Shown here piece by piece: positions 54,275 to 64,000 of a DNA stretch of 64,000 nt. The first letter of the stretch is position 1. The number at the start of each line of letters is the position of its first letter. The notes under the pieces are model-generated. The model ran no database searches. It saw nothing but the letters and a program-made list of their open reading frames with translations, and had not been told where the DNA came from. The DNA lies in the sequence record OR050627.1; one strand, written 5' to 3'. The position numbers and the translations under genes were made by a program.

Positions 54275-56254
54275 ATGTCAGACGAACAAAATTACCAAGA
54301 AGTACACCAAAATGCGGATATCGAAAATAAGTACAAGAAACTTACAGATATTGAGCATGTACTTATTAGGCCTACAATTTACATAGGTTCAGTTATAGCA
54401 GAAAAATTTGTAACTGAAAAATACGTAACATTTCCAGATTCTGATGAAAAACCAAAAATCGTAACAGCAGAACTTACTTATAGTAAAGGCATCATTACGT
54501 TATTCAATGAGTTAGTCAATAACTCTTACGATGAGTACATCAGAACATTGAAAATGCGTCCAGCCGAAAGACTTACAGAATTACGTGTTACTATCAAAAG
54601 AAAGTCAGGAATTCTGGAAGTTGGCGATAACGGCGGTATTCCAGTAGTTTTGCATAAGGGTGAAAATATGCTATTGCCTACAATGTTATTTGGTCACTTA
54701 CGTTCAGGTTCAAACTACGACGATAGTAGAGGAGATGTTTCTGGAACTAATGGTGTCGGAGCATCTTTGGTTAACGTAATGTCTAAGTCATTCAAAGTAG
54801 AAACTTGCGATGGCAAAAACGTTTACGAAGGTAAGTGGTCAAACAATATGCAAACGTTCGAAGGCGATAATGTAACTAAAGCTAAACGTGACAACTCAAA
54901 AGGCACAACAATTTCTGCAGAATTAGATTTTGCCAGATTAGGAATGGAAGGCTTTACGCAGGATTTGGTTGACAAATTTAGAACCAGAACTTTAGAAGTT
55001 GCAGCTATGGCGGCATCCAAAGATAAGCCTATGAAAGTTATTTTCACTGTACTTAATGAAGAATCAAACTTAGCTGATTCAAGTGAAGAATTTTTGTTCC
55101 ATAGTTTCCAGGATTATGCAAGACTTTACGAAGGCGTTGACGAAAACTTCAATGGATTTACTTTGGAAAAAATGGACTTCTTAGTAGGACCTTCCACTTC
55201 CGATAGTTTAGAATCTTCGGCTTTATTGAACTCAATCAGATGTGACTATGGTACGCATATTGATACTTTGGCTGACAGAATAGTAGGACATATAAGATGG
55301 TTCATTAACAAAAAGCATAAAATTGATTTGAAGCCAAAACAAATCAAGGATAGACTTAGGTTTATTTCAAAATGGTCAGTACCTCAACCATCGTTTAACA
55401 ACCAAACTAAGGATGCTTTAGTAACTCCACCAAAAGACTTTGGATATGATGTTACTGAATTACCTTTGAAATTCTGCGGATGGCTTGACAAATCTGAAAT
55501 CGTTGCCAGACTTTTAGACTTCCACAAAAACAAACAACAAGAGGAGGAAAACGCTGCAGTACGTAGAGCAACAAAAGTCAAAGTTAATCACCAAAAGATC
55601 GACAAATTACTAGATGCTTCATCGCGTAACCAACGTAACAAATGTGAAATATTCTTGGCCGAAGGGGACTCTGCTATGAATGGTGTTCGTAGATGTAGGA
55701 ATGCAGAATATCAAGGTGCCTTTGGACTTGGTGGTAAATTCTCAAATGTTTTCTATGCCAAACCTGCCGATATTATCAAAGTTAGAGGTAAGGAAACTGC
55801 GTCTAAAGCTAAAAACTTAATGGACGCTACAGGTTTACAATTTGGAGTTAATGCTTTGGAAACTCTACGTTGGAACAGAATTAACATTATGACTGACGCT
55901 GACTACGATGGATACGCTATCGCATGCCAATTAGTTTTGTTCTTTAGAAAGTTCTGGCCTGAGTTGATTGAAGCTGGTAAGATAGCCAGAGTACTTTCGC
56001 CAATCATGGTTGCTAGAAAAGACAAAGATGTTAAAGTTTACTACACAATGGAAGACTATCAAAAAGATGAGGCTTGGTTAAACAAAAACAAATACCAATC
56101 AAAGCATATCAAAGGACTTGCAGCATTAAGACCTGAGGAATATGCAGATGTTATCAAAAATCCAGTGTTACAAAAAATCACTGAGGATTCAGAAGACTGG
56201 GCATCATTAGAACAATGGTTCGGAGATAATGCCGATGCAAGAAAAGTATTTTAA
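54275..56254 (+). CDS. Type IIA DNA topoisomerase large subunit (GHKL + TOPRIM; T4 gp39+gp60 equivalent in one ORF)
   Basis: EHVLIRPTIYIGS, ELVNNSYDE, GTNGVGASL, IFLAEGDSA, IMTDADYDG, IKGLAAL. Confidence 0.95.
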   Translation: MSDEQNYQEVHQNADIENKYKKLTDIEHVLIRPTIYIGSVIAEKFVTEKYVTFPDSDEKPKIVTAELTYSKGIITLFNELVNNSYDEYIRTLKMRPAERLTELRVTIKRKSGILEVGDNGGIPVVLHKGENMLLPTMLFGHLRSGSNYDDSRGDVSGTNGVGASLVNVMSKSFKVETCDGKNVYEGKWSNNMQTFEGDNVTKAKRDNSKGTTISAELDFARLGMEGFTQDLVDKFRTRTLEVAAMAASKDKPMKVIFTVLNEESNLADSSEEFLFHSFQDYARLYEGVDENFNGFTLEKMDFLVGPSTSDSLESSALLNSIRCDYGTHIDTLADRIVGHIRWFINKKHKIDLKPKQIKDRLRFISKWSVPQPSFNNQTKDALVTPPKDFGYDVTELPLKFCGWLDKSEIVARLLDFHKNKQQEEENAAVRRATKVKVNHQKIDKLLDASSRNQRNKCEIFLAEGDSAMNGVRRCRNAEYQGAFGLGGKFSNVFYAKPADIIKVRGKETASKAKNLMDATGLQFGVNALETLRWNRINIMTDADYDGYAIACQLVLFFRKFWPELIEAGKIARVLSPIMVARKDKDVKVYYTMEDYQKDEAWLNKNKYQSKHIKGLAALRPEEYADVIKNPVLQKITEDSEDWASLEQWFGDNADARKVF

Positions 56255-56274
56255 AAGTAAATGACAATACAATA

Positions 56275-56307
56275 AAAACGAGGTACCAAAAAGTACCTCG
56301 TTTTTTC
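56275..56307 (+). terminator. Intrinsic terminator after the topoisomerase large subunit
   Basis: aaaacgaggtac/gtacctcgtttt. Confidence 0.85.
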
Positions 56308-56594
56308 GTTTAATATTTAACCAAAATAAAATTTTTTATGGCCTTAGAATGTCTGATTTGGTATATGCACGTTTTATGAATTGAATAATAAAATGTATAT
56401 TATGATAGATATGCCAATGCAAGAAATTTGGCAAGCCAAACAAAGTTTACAAAGTCAAGGCTTTGATGAAACTAAAAAGATCATTACAAACCTGATGGTA
56501 CTTTAGGCTGGGAAGACATTCCGCAAAATCCATAACGCTAAAAAGACACTGCAATTGCAGTGTCTTTTGTATTTTAAACAAAACATTAAATATC

Positions 56595-56861
56595 ATGGCA
56601 GACTACAAAATCAAAAGAACTGGCGAAATGTTAAGCCTAAAAGACATTATGAAATCGCACATTGACGGTAACGTTGCCGAAAACGCACGATTTGAAAGTA
56701 CTGATGGCAAATTTACAATCAGCAATAGCTACTCGCTAGGCTTAACTTACATTAAAAATGATGATAAGTCGAATCCTCGTAAAATTTACCTTAAGCCATC
56801 TACTGAATATGTTACGCTATCTAAGCTAACGTTTGAAAAAGTTTTTGTAAATTGGCATTAA
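56595..56861 (+). CDS. Hypothetical protein
   Basis: 88 aa, A-rich leader. Confidence 0.55.
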   Translation: MADYKIKRTGEMLSLKDIMKSHIDGNVAENARFESTDGKFTISNSYSLGLTYIKNDDKSNPRKIYLKPSTEYVTLSKLTFEKVFVNWH

Positions 56862-56929
56862 AATAGTTGTAAAAATATTTTTTAGTTTGATAAAAAATTC
56901 TTATATTTGTACTATAAAATTTAACAATT

Positions 56930-57154
56930 ATGGACATTTTTTTAATTAAAGCAGCATATAAAGTCGGTTACGATAGCTTTGACAGCCATGTAATTGCAGC
57001 AAATTCCAAATTTGAAGTTGTAGAACTAGCAATTGATACATGCGCAGATGAAGGCGAGCATGCATGGTTAGTAACTAACGTAATACGCTTAGGTACTTAT
57101 GAAGGTAATAAAAGTGAACCTTTTGTTATAATTTCATCATTTAATGCAGGATAA
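56930..57154 (+). CDS. Hypothetical early protein
   Basis: Promoter 56860-56909. Confidence 0.6.
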   Translation: MDIFLIKAAYKVGYDSFDSHVIAANSKFEVVELAIDTCADEGEHAWLVTNVIRLGTYEGNKSEPFVIISSFNAG

Positions 57155-57163
57155 AATTTTCAC

Positions 57164-57188
57164 ATGTCAAATATTTTTCTTATATTTG
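57164..57188 (+). promoter_or_regulatory. Early/middle promoter ATGTC-N12-TATATTTG (topoisomerase medium subunit)
   Basis: Motif family member. Confidence 0.8.
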
Positions 57189-57260
57189 TATTATACAAAT
57201 GGTAATAATTACCATTTTTGAATTGGTCAACAACCTATAAATTATAACAATCAATAACAC

Positions 57261-58730
57261 ATGGCAAAACGTAAAAATGTAGCGGAAGCATCTGAATTTG
57301 AACTAACTGAGTTTAACGACCAGATCAACATCACTACTTTACTTAACACTGATTATAAGGCTTATGCAGGATATACTGTATTTAACAGGGCAATTCCATC
57401 ATTAGCCGACGGATTCAAAACTGTACAACGAAAAATTATGTACACTGCTTTAGGCGAACTTAAAGGCAACAAACCAATTAAGGTAGCTGCATTAGGAGGA
57501 TTCGTAATGGCAAAATCACATTACGCTCACGGTGATGCTTCGCTAGAATCTGCTATCGTAACAATGGGCCAAGGATTTAAACAATCGCTGCCTTATTTCT
57601 TACCTGATGGTGACTTTGGTGAAATTTATACACCTCAAGCTGGTGCGGCAAGGTATATTTCAATGTACAAATCTGATGTTTTCGATTTGTTGATGAAAGA
57701 TTCCAACCAGCTTGTTAAGCAATATTCAGAAGGTGATGAAATTGAACCTACTCATTACTTACCAATTATTCCAACAGTACTTATCAATTCAACTGAAGGT
57801 ATGGCTGTAGGATATTCATCAAACATCATTAACAAAAACCCGCTTGGCTTAATTGATGCTTGTATCGAATATGTTAAGTCAGGAAAATTGGACGATTCGT
57901 TAGAGTTGATTCCTTACTTCCAAGGAGCTATAGGACGTTACGTTAACTATACCAATCATATTGGTGAGTCCAGATTTGAACATTACGGACTTTGGGAACA
58001 AGTTAATCCTAAAATGCTTAGAGTTACAGGACTTCCTGCAGGAACTACATTAGAAAAGTTTGAAGATCACTTAAACTCATTGATTGACGCAGGTCAAATT
58101 TTCGACTGGGTTAACCGATCAGAAAACAACAAAATTAACTACGAGGTTCACTTTGACAAAAACGTACTTGCAGACATTATCAAAAAAGGAACAGTGCTTA
58201 ACGTTCTAAAATTGTTCACAAGACTTCAAGTTGATAACTTAACAATGCTGGATATTGATGGAAAAGTTAAAAGATTTGATAATGTTGCACAAGTTATCCG
58301 TAGATTTATCGATTGGAGAATGCCGTACGTAGAAACTCGTAGACAGCTAAAAATTGATGAAATTGCCAAAAAGATCAAGGCTGCAAATGACAAACTAAAA
58401 TTCATTCAGCTTGTTCAGGAAGGTAAAATTGATGTTAAGTCATTCGTTTCAAGAGCCAATGCTGCAGAAAAACTTAGCAAATTCGACTTACCTGTTGAAA
58501 TGGTAGACATCAAAATTTATTCAATATCCAAGGAGGAAGTTGAAAAACTAAAGAAAAGTATTGCAGACTTAGAAAAAGAGCTTAGCTACTATGAAAAGCT
58601 GACTGCAAAGAAAATGTACCTAACAGATTTAACTGACTTACTTAAAGCAGTAGAAGCAAAAGGTTATCAAAGAGACGAATGCGAATACATTGTAGATAAA
58701 GTATGGCAAGCACAACTGGCTCAACAATAA
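57261..58730 (+). CDS. Type IIA DNA topoisomerase medium subunit (T4 gp52 / GyrA-ParC-like)
   Basis: RAIPSLADGFKTVQRK, YAHGDASL, active-site AARYI, GMAVGYSSNI. Confidence 0.95.
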   Translation: MAKRKNVAEASEFELTEFNDQINITTLLNTDYKAYAGYTVFNRAIPSLADGFKTVQRKIMYTALGELKGNKPIKVAALGGFVMAKSHYAHGDASLESAIVTMGQGFKQSLPYFLPDGDFGEIYTPQAGAARYISMYKSDVFDLLMKDSNQLVKQYSEGDEIEPTHYLPIIPTVLINSTEGMAVGYSSNIINKNPLGLIDACIEYVKSGKLDDSLELIPYFQGAIGRYVNYTNHIGESRFEHYGLWEQVNPKMLRVTGLPAGTTLEKFEDHLNSLIDAGQIFDWVNRSENNKINYEVHFDKNVLADIIKKGTVLNVLKLFTRLQVDNLTMLDIDGKVKRFDNVAQVIRRFIDWRMPYVETRRQLKIDEIAKKIKAANDKLKFIQLVQEGKIDVKSFVSRANAAEKLSKFDLPVEMVDIKIYSISKEEVEKLKKSIADLEKELSYYEKLTAKKMYLTDLTDLLKAVEAKGYQRDECEYIVDKVWQAQLAQQ

Positions 58731-58957
58731 CAATAAAGTTCCAAAAAGGAGTATATGCTTTCCAGCGTGAATTAACGCTGGAAATGTATCTCCACTTACT
58801 AAAGGAAAATCCGCAACCATTGATCGACGATATTCAAAAGATCAGGGCAGATATTGACAGAATGCCGGAATCACACTCTGGAAACTGTAGATGCGCATGT
58901 TGTTATGCACATCATAAAGACGACTTACCGCCAACAGTAGACCCAATAATTATTTAA
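58703..58957 (+). CDS. Hypothetical protein with CRCACC/His cluster (start uncertain)
   Basis: Fills the gap between topoisomerase and the next gene. Confidence 0.4.
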   Translation: MASTTGSTITIKFQKGVYAFQRELTLEMYLHLLKENPQPLIDDIQKIRADIDRMPESHSGNCRCACCYAHHKDDLPPTVDPIII

Positions 58958-58962
58958 AAACT

Positions 58963-59301
58963 ATGAAATTACCACAACAAGTAGATTCAGAATCTACAGA
59001 AGCTAAACTAGCTGAAAAGCTTGAAGAAGTAAAAACAGAAATCAAAATTTTGTTATTGCATACTGCGCTATTATTCGTACACGTTACTATAATCTGGCTA
59101 ATATACAGCTGGATTGCCCCAAAAATTGTACAGTTCAGCCTACCAGAATTTTCATGGACGGAATTTGCATTTGCACTTATTCTTGGTAGATTTTTGTATG
59201 CAGGAATATCAGTAAAAATTGAGGCTAGGAAAGCATACAACAAATACAAAGAACGTGAAGCTAAACGAAAGAATGAAGAAGTTACGACTTGGTTAGATTA
59301 A
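58963..59301 (+). CDS. Hypothetical membrane protein (2 TM)
   Basis: Two hydrophobic segments. Confidence 0.6.
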   Translation: MKLPQQVDSESTEAKLAEKLEEVKTEIKILLLHTALLFVHVTIIWLIYSWIAPKIVQFSLPEFSWTEFAFALILGRFLYAGISVKIEARKAYNKYKEREAKRKNEEVTTWLD

Positions 59302-59350
59302 CAGCCAACTTTCTAAGCAACATAGTATAATAAAAACATAATACAAGACA

Positions 59351-59671
59351 ATGCAAAATACACAACAAGAAGATAACGTAGCTGACGTACAAATCGACAG
59401 TAAAGAATTACTTAATGAACTTGAACAACTTACTGGACAACGAATAGTTTCTGAGGAATACCAAAAGGACCAGGCTCAGCTTATGGAGTACATGGAGCAA
59501 AACAAATTATACAATAGGTCTTCAATGAACAGACAACAAAAACGTAACCACTTCTTAAAAGCCGATCTTGGCGGAGATAAGTCTAACCAACAAAGAGCTC
59601 AGGCTAAAAAGATTGCCAAAGTAAAAGCTAAATCCAAAGCCGCTAAGAAAGCTAGGAAAAAGCAAAGATAA
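59351..59671 (+). CDS. Hypothetical protein with basic C-terminal tail
   Basis: 106 aa; K/A/R-rich tail. Confidence 0.6.
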   Translation: MQNTQQEDNVADVQIDSKELLNELEQLTGQRIVSEEYQKDQAQLMEYMEQNKLYNRSSMNRQQKRNHFLKADLGGDKSNQQRAQAKKIAKVKAKSKAAKKARKKQR

Positions 59672-59785
59672 CGACCATGATTTTTGATTTTTAATATTAT
59701 TGATTTTATCCCAAGTGTCTTAATTGATACTTGGGATTTTTGCATTTATTAATGCTTAATACATAAAATCTAAAAATTATAAAAT

Positions 59786-60067
59786 ATGGCTAACGACACA
59801 TTTGAATGGAAAACACCTGCAGAAGCATTGCCTAAAATAGGCGAAGTAATTATTGTAGAATTAATGCCTGCATCAGGTGAACCTAACAGTAACGTTATTA
59901 GGTTCAATGGACAATATGTTAATGTATTTTCTGACAATGCTACGTTCAATCACAAAAATTACTTTTTTGACATTGACCAAAAACATGATGAAAAAACTTT
60001 TACGGTTGACAAAGTTAAGCAATGGTCGCCTTGGTTCGAAGGTTGGGAAACTGCATCAGTAGATTAA
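59786..60067 (+). CDS. DUF551-like protein, paralog 1
   Basis: EWKTPAEALPKIGEVIIV...VKQWSPWFEGW. Confidence 0.55.
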   Translation: MANDTFEWKTPAEALPKIGEVIIVELMPASGEPNSNVIRFNGQYVNVFSDNATFNHKNYFFDIDQKHDEKTFTVDKVKQWSPWFEGWETASVD

Positions 60068-60155
60068 GTTAACAAACAAAACTCCTATACTTTTTGTTTA
60101 GGAGTTTTGTTTTATACGTTTATACATACATTAATTATACAAATTAAAATTACAT

Positions 60156-60476
60156 ATGGCAACAATAACTTGGAAGCAAGTTTCCGCAGAAAAGCCGGAA
60201 CCAAACACAAAAATACTAATCAAAGCTAAATTTACTCAATACGAATCTTGGAATGACGTAAAAATTGGTAACAATAACTGTCAGACTATAGTAGCTAAAG
60301 ATTTTGAAGAGCCACTAGAGGCTGTACTATCAGGAGAATATAACGACAATGCAACACTAACCAATTTTACTCCGCTTTGGAAATTATTCAAAGCCAGACA
60401 CGGAGTATCTGCATTTGAATTTGACAAAATTACAGAGTGGGCTGAGTGGTTCCCTGGATGGGATTTAGAAGACTAA
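60156..60476 (+). CDS. DUF551-like protein, paralog 2
   Basis: TWKQVSAEKPEPNTKILI...ITEWAEWFPGW. Confidence 0.55.
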   Translation: MATITWKQVSAEKPEPNTKILIKAKFTQYESWNDVKIGNNNCQTIVAKDFEEPLEAVLSGEYNDNATLTNFTPLWKLFKARHGVSAFEFDKITEWAEWFPGWDLED

Positions 60477-60509
60477 GATTAAACCAAAAACTTTTTAAAA
60501 TATTTTAAT

Positions 60510-60785
60510 ATGGCCGAAATAAAATGGATTAGCACTAAGGACCGTATGCCTAAAAAAGACACTACTGTGCTAATAAAAGCAGTGTTTTATACTAATGAAG
60601 GCATGCCATATGAAAGAATTGTAGAAGCTAAGCTTATTGACAAACTTAACGATCATGGCTCAGTAGCATGGAACACAACTACTTTATGGCAAATGCCTAG
60701 AGGCTTGGCTGGCGTAAATGCTTTTGAATATTACAAAATTTTAGAATGGGCTGAGTGGTTCAAAGATTGGCAAAATACAAACTAA
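60510..60785 (+). CDS. DUF551-like protein, paralog 3
   Basis: KWISTKDRMPKKDTTVLI...ILEWAEWFKDW. Confidence 0.65.
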   Translation: MAEIKWISTKDRMPKKDTTVLIKAVFYTNEGMPYERIVEAKLIDKLNDHGSVAWNTTTLWQMPRGLAGVNAFEYYKILEWAEWFKDWQNTN

Positions 60786-60799
60786 CAACAAATTTTAAT

Positions 60800-61141
60800 A
60801 TGGCAACAAAATATAACGTTAACGATAGACTACCGCAAGAAAATCGTTTAGTAAGCATAACTTACACTGATGAGTACGGAAAGACTCGTACACGTAACGC
60901 TTACATGGGTAGAAGCTACCAAAATGTAGGCAAAGATTCTTATACAATTCAATGGTTCTTTAAACCGCAATTTGACTTTGTATCTGGCGCTTTATTAGCT
61001 GACACTGAATGGTCGTTTTTACCAGGTGATGAGGACAAAGAATGGTTTGCACTATCTAGCAAAGATGGCTCTTTCTTAACATTCAAGGATGTATCAGGAG
61101 GCGAATGTTTGCTAGTACAAGCAGAAGTTCCTGCGCCTTAA
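60800..61141 (+). CDS. DUF551-like protein, paralog 4 (divergent)
   Basis: Start ATG 60800; YNVNDRLPQENRLVSI. Confidence 0.5.
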   Translation: MATKYNVNDRLPQENRLVSITYTDEYGKTRTRNAYMGRSYQNVGKDSYTIQWFFKPQFDFVSGALLADTEWSFLPGDEDKEWFALSSKDGSFLTFKDVSGGECLLVQAEVPAP

Positions 61142-61183
61142 CAATTTTTACAAAACACAAAAACAAACAAATTTATTTTTATT

Positions 61184-61615
61184 ATGGCTGACGAAACTTT
61201 AAACAAATTGCCAGTTGACCAATTACCTGCAGCTACTAGTGCTACAGGAATTAATGTAGTAGTTCATAAAGACGGCGTACTTATGCAATCTGCTGTTAGC
61301 GTTATTACGTCTGCAGTTAATGCAGAAATTACGACAATAAAGGCTGACGTTGCTACTGCAAAAGCTGATGCTAGTGCTGCTAAGGGCGATCTTGACGTTT
61401 TTAAACAAAACGAATTTGCTCCAGTTAAAGCAGAATCCGCTGCTACTAAAACACTGGCTAATACTAACAAAACTGACATTGCTACGTTAAAAACTAATAA
61501 CACAGCAAACAAAGCAGATATTGCTACATTAAAAACTACATTAACTAAAGATGGCAAAATTGTAGTTTTGTCATTTGAAGCTGACGGTACTGTTAAGTGG
61601 GCTGCAGGAACGTAA
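61184..61615 (+). CDS. Short coiled-coil fibre-like protein
   Basis: N-terminal KLPVDQLPAAT; heptads such as DIATLKT x2. Confidence 0.55.
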   Translation: MADETLNKLPVDQLPAATSATGINVVVHKDGVLMQSAVSVITSAVNAEITTIKADVATAKADASAAKGDLDVFKQNEFAPVKAESAATKTLANTNKTDIATLKTNNTANKADIATLKTTLTKDGKIVVLSFEADGTVKWAAGT

Positions 61616-61737
61616 ATAACCAATAACGTCAACAACAAATTAAGCCAGGGCGTCCTGAACGTCCTGGCTTTTTACATTAAACATGACATTAATATCATTG
61701 CAAATAGAACGAACTGCATGTACGTAAAACTTAAAAT

Positions 61738-63162
61738 ATGCTAAACGAATATAATGACAGCCATAAGTGTAATGTAGCGCTTATTGATGCTGATGCTAAA
61801 TGGGAAACTAACGACAAGTTTCCTGAAAATTTTCAAAGAGTCTACATTAAATGGAAATATCCAAATGCTGAGGAAGTTAATACAGCTTATGCGTATTTTT
61901 GGCGGGCTTACGGCGAAGGTGTAGGATATCATTTTAAGCATAGATTTTGGCTAGTATGCCCAGTAGATGAAATGAAATCTGTGCCTATGGAATGGGTTAC
62001 TGGCTGGACTACTGGCGAAAAAGACGAAGATAATAATGTAGGCAAAGTTATTGGTACTATTTACGATCTTACAGATTTTTCTGACAGATCTTTATTTTCG
62101 CTTAGATTTGGCGATGTTAATACATCCGAAGGCACTCTAAAATTTGACCTTGGAGGTAACAACTTGGTGCAATTTAAACGATATACTGGATTTGTAAATT
62201 GTACTTACACTATAGTAGTTGAAAATTTAGGCAAGCTTAGATTTTATTTGCAAGGTGATTTTTATGATACTGAAACTAACAAGTCTACTAACACATCCAT
62301 AATGCTAGACCATGAAATGTGGGATGGCATGAACCTTAGAGGTTTTGGCTTGTGGGAGACGCTTGAAAAACTGCCTGACGAGCTAATGGGTAAAACTGAC
62401 AACTGGGAAATAACTCTAAAATTTAGTTATGCTGGCATAAAACTTACTTACAAACATTTAGGTACAGGTCAAATTTTTGAACGTTATAGCGGGCCTAACT
62501 TATGTTCAAATGCGCATTATTTTTCAGTAGGATCATCATGGTCAACTACTACAGACTATGCTACAGTTAAGCAGATTAAGCTTGATGCTGATGATGTACT
62601 TAGTAGAACGTTAGTCATTGCAGATGCTTCTGGAATAGGTACTGATAGTAATGATGGATTGACAGGTACTGGCTGGGCTAGCAATTTCGGCGGCTTACTT
62701 TATGGCGGCGCAGTAGCTACCAACATGGACATTATAAAATTGTTGCCTGAAATAAATGAGTTTATTAAGCCTACAAAAATTATTTTTGCAGCAGGTAGTT
62801 ATCCAAGTGCATTAACAATGACTGCAGCAGAAGCGTCTGAGGCTGTACATAATGCAATAGGATTGGTTCAGACAGTTAGGCAATACGGCGTATGTACTAT
62901 GCCAGTTTACGAAGCGACTAATGCAAATTGCGCATTCCAGTTTAAAGTAACTAATTTGCTACGTAACTTACCTGATAACAAATATAAATTATACAATGAC
63001 ATAGACATTTGGAACTCTTTAGCAGACAAAACAAATATAGATGCTCCAGTATTGCAATCGACGTATGCATCCGGCAGAAACAGTAAGTTCTGGGGAACTT
63101 TATCTGATACGGGTAATAATGAAATTGCAAATTTACTAAGCTCATCAAATTCACCTGCTTAA
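61738..63162 (+). CDS. DUF551-like N-terminus + beta-rich domain + degenerate SGNH-like domain
   Basis: KWETNDKFPENFQRVYIKW...EWVTGW; C-terminal LVIADAS, FAAGS and LSDTGNNEIA lack the canonical catalytic His. Confidence 0.45.
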   Translation: MLNEYNDSHKCNVALIDADAKWETNDKFPENFQRVYIKWKYPNAEEVNTAYAYFWRAYGEGVGYHFKHRFWLVCPVDEMKSVPMEWVTGWTTGEKDEDNNVGKVIGTIYDLTDFSDRSLFSLRFGDVNTSEGTLKFDLGGNNLVQFKRYTGFVNCTYTIVVENLGKLRFYLQGDFYDTETNKSTNTSIMLDHEMWDGMNLRGFGLWETLEKLPDELMGKTDNWEITLKFSYAGIKLTYKHLGTGQIFERYSGPNLCSNAHYFSVGSSWSTTTDYATVKQIKLDADDVLSRTLVIADASGIGTDSNDGLTGTGWASNFGGLLYGGAVATNMDIIKLLPEINEFIKPTKIIFAAGSYPSALTMTAAEASEAVHNAIGLVQTVRQYGVCTMPVYEATNANCAFQFKVTNLLRNLPDNKYKLYNDIDIWNSLADKTNIDAPVLQSTYASGRNSKFWGTLSDTGNNEIANLLSSSNSPA

Positions 63163-63168
63163 AGCTTT

Positions 63169-63201
63169 AAAGCCTGAACGTTACGAACGTTCAGGCTTTT
63201 T
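63169..63201 (+). terminator. Intrinsic terminator
   Basis: aaagcctgaacgtt/aacgttcaggcttt. Confidence 0.85.
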
Positions 63202-63213
63202 GTTGTTCAACGT

Positions 63214-63221
63214 TATAAATA
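63214..63221 (+). promoter_or_regulatory. Late promoter TATAAATA
   Basis: Exact consensus just after a terminator, 21 nt before the ATG. Confidence 0.7.
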
Positions 63222-63241
63222 AACTACAAATATTTCCAAAC

Positions 63242-64000
63242 ATGGCATTTAACGTAATTACGTTGATGGACGCTAACGTTCTTGTTGAGAAAACGCGAAA
63301 CATCGACATACTTTCAGATAATAAACTTTACAAATTAAATACTACTCATGGCGAACAAGTTTGGTCGTCTAATAAAGCTACAAACAATTCAGAAGCTTCT
63401 ACGTTCACAAGGGAGTATATTAGACCTGTTTTAGTTGGCAAAAATTCAGATGGATTCAGGCCAGTAGCACCTACTGAAATTGTAGCAGATGGTAATGCTC
63501 AGCTACTTTGTAGCATACATAACATTTTTATTTCGTCATTTGACTTTAAAACGTTGTATGCTAACGCGTACTCAGCTACTTTGGAAATCTACCAAGTTTA
63601 TGGCGGCAAAGAAATTATACTAAGCTCAAATGTTTTGGCCTTAATGGACTTCAGGCTTTCAAAATTTGACTTGGAATATGCTAATCGTTTTTATAGCACT
63701 TATTGCCCAGTTCAGGTAGTTGACTTAACTTCAATGCTACTGTCCAAAAATCCTGACCATATTGAGTTAGTTTCGCAAATTATTGATGTTCCTAGCAGCC
63801 AAATTAACGAGGCTTTACTTAGCAATATCCATTACAGATTCGCGTATATTGACGAATCTACAATAACAGTTCCGCCGACTACACCATACTTTGAATTTGA
63901 CATTACTGAAATTGTAAGTAGACCAGAAAGTCCTGCATCTTGGGCACTTGAAGGTGATTTAAATGTGTTAGTTACTAGGTCAGGTCGCAGAATACAAATT
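63242..64000 (+). CDS. Late gene, truncated by the window end
   Basis: MAFNVITLMDANVLVEK... stays open to 64000; TATAAATA at 63214-63221. Confidence 0.75.
   Translation, partial: MAFNVITLMDANVLVEKTRNIDILSDNKLYKLNTTHGEQVWSSNKATNNSEASTFTREYIRPVLVGKNSDGFRPVAPTEIVADGNAQLLCSIHNIFISSFDFKTLYANAYSATLEIYQVYGGKEIILSSNVLALMDFRLSKFDLEYANRFYSTYCPVQVVDLTSMLLSKNPDHIELVSQIIDVPSSQINEALLSNIHYRFAYIDESTITVPPTTPYFEFDITEIVSRPESPASWALEGDLNVLVTRSGRRIQI

Noticed and set aside
56339-56540. Coding or structured-RNA region after the topoisomerase terminator
   Set aside because: Only fragmented short ORFs (longest ~37 aa) and weak stems are present, apart from the clear terminator at 56541-56568.
56255-57260. Intron or intein splitting the topoisomerase
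   Set aside because: The two ORFs are the normal separate subunits, each complete with its own promoter; no group I/II core or intein motifs lie between them.
539-63154. Most minus-strand and nested ORFs in the track (e.g. 7186..7536, 31484..31870, 44056..44643, 61264..61638)
   Set aside because: They are antisense shadows of well-supported plus-strand genes, with no promoter, leader or recognisable motif.
1-64000. Prophage or host chromosomal DNA
   Set aside because: No integrase, att site, repressor or bacterial housekeeping context. DHFR, thioredoxin and topoisomerase sit in phage-type operons with phage promoters.

Overview
This window is a 64-kb segment of a large lytic T4-like (jumbo) myophage genome. 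It is AT-rich and nearly all genes are on the + strand. The host is very probably Bacteroidota: 11 perfect TATATTTG copies of the Bacteroidota -7 promoter element precede early genes, and translation starts have A-rich leaders without Shine-Dalgarno sites. Gene order: a head module (gp20-like portal, a gp21-like prohead protease fused to a ~1,150-aa extension, gp23-like major capsid protein, homing endonuclease); an early accessory region; a DHFR / sugar-phosphate isomerase / nucleotidyltransferase-kinase cluster; putative internal head proteins; tail fibres; a lysis cassette; a second early region (PolB-like fragment, SLOG, MazG-like, two pyrimidine-dimer-glycosylase-like genes, thioredoxin); both type II topoisomerase subunits; and a late DUF551-like paralog array. 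The strongest unexplained signal is the motif [ILVA]-N-E-[SAG], which occurs 21 times in the protease fusion and 0 times in the 2,373-aa tail fibre. It marks a predicted protease-processed head cargo, including polyproteins, proteins with T4-like capsid-targeting N-termini, and an Ntn-hydrolase whose catalytic Cys directly follows the motif. Other highlights are truncated capsid and DNA-polymerase paralogs under early-type promoters (possible immune decoys), a GH108 endolysin split into a catalytic half and a lipoprotein half, a PAS-domain holin candidate, a fixed-spacing multipart early/middle promoter and a candidate structured RNA. All family calls come from motif recognition by eye; no database search was run.
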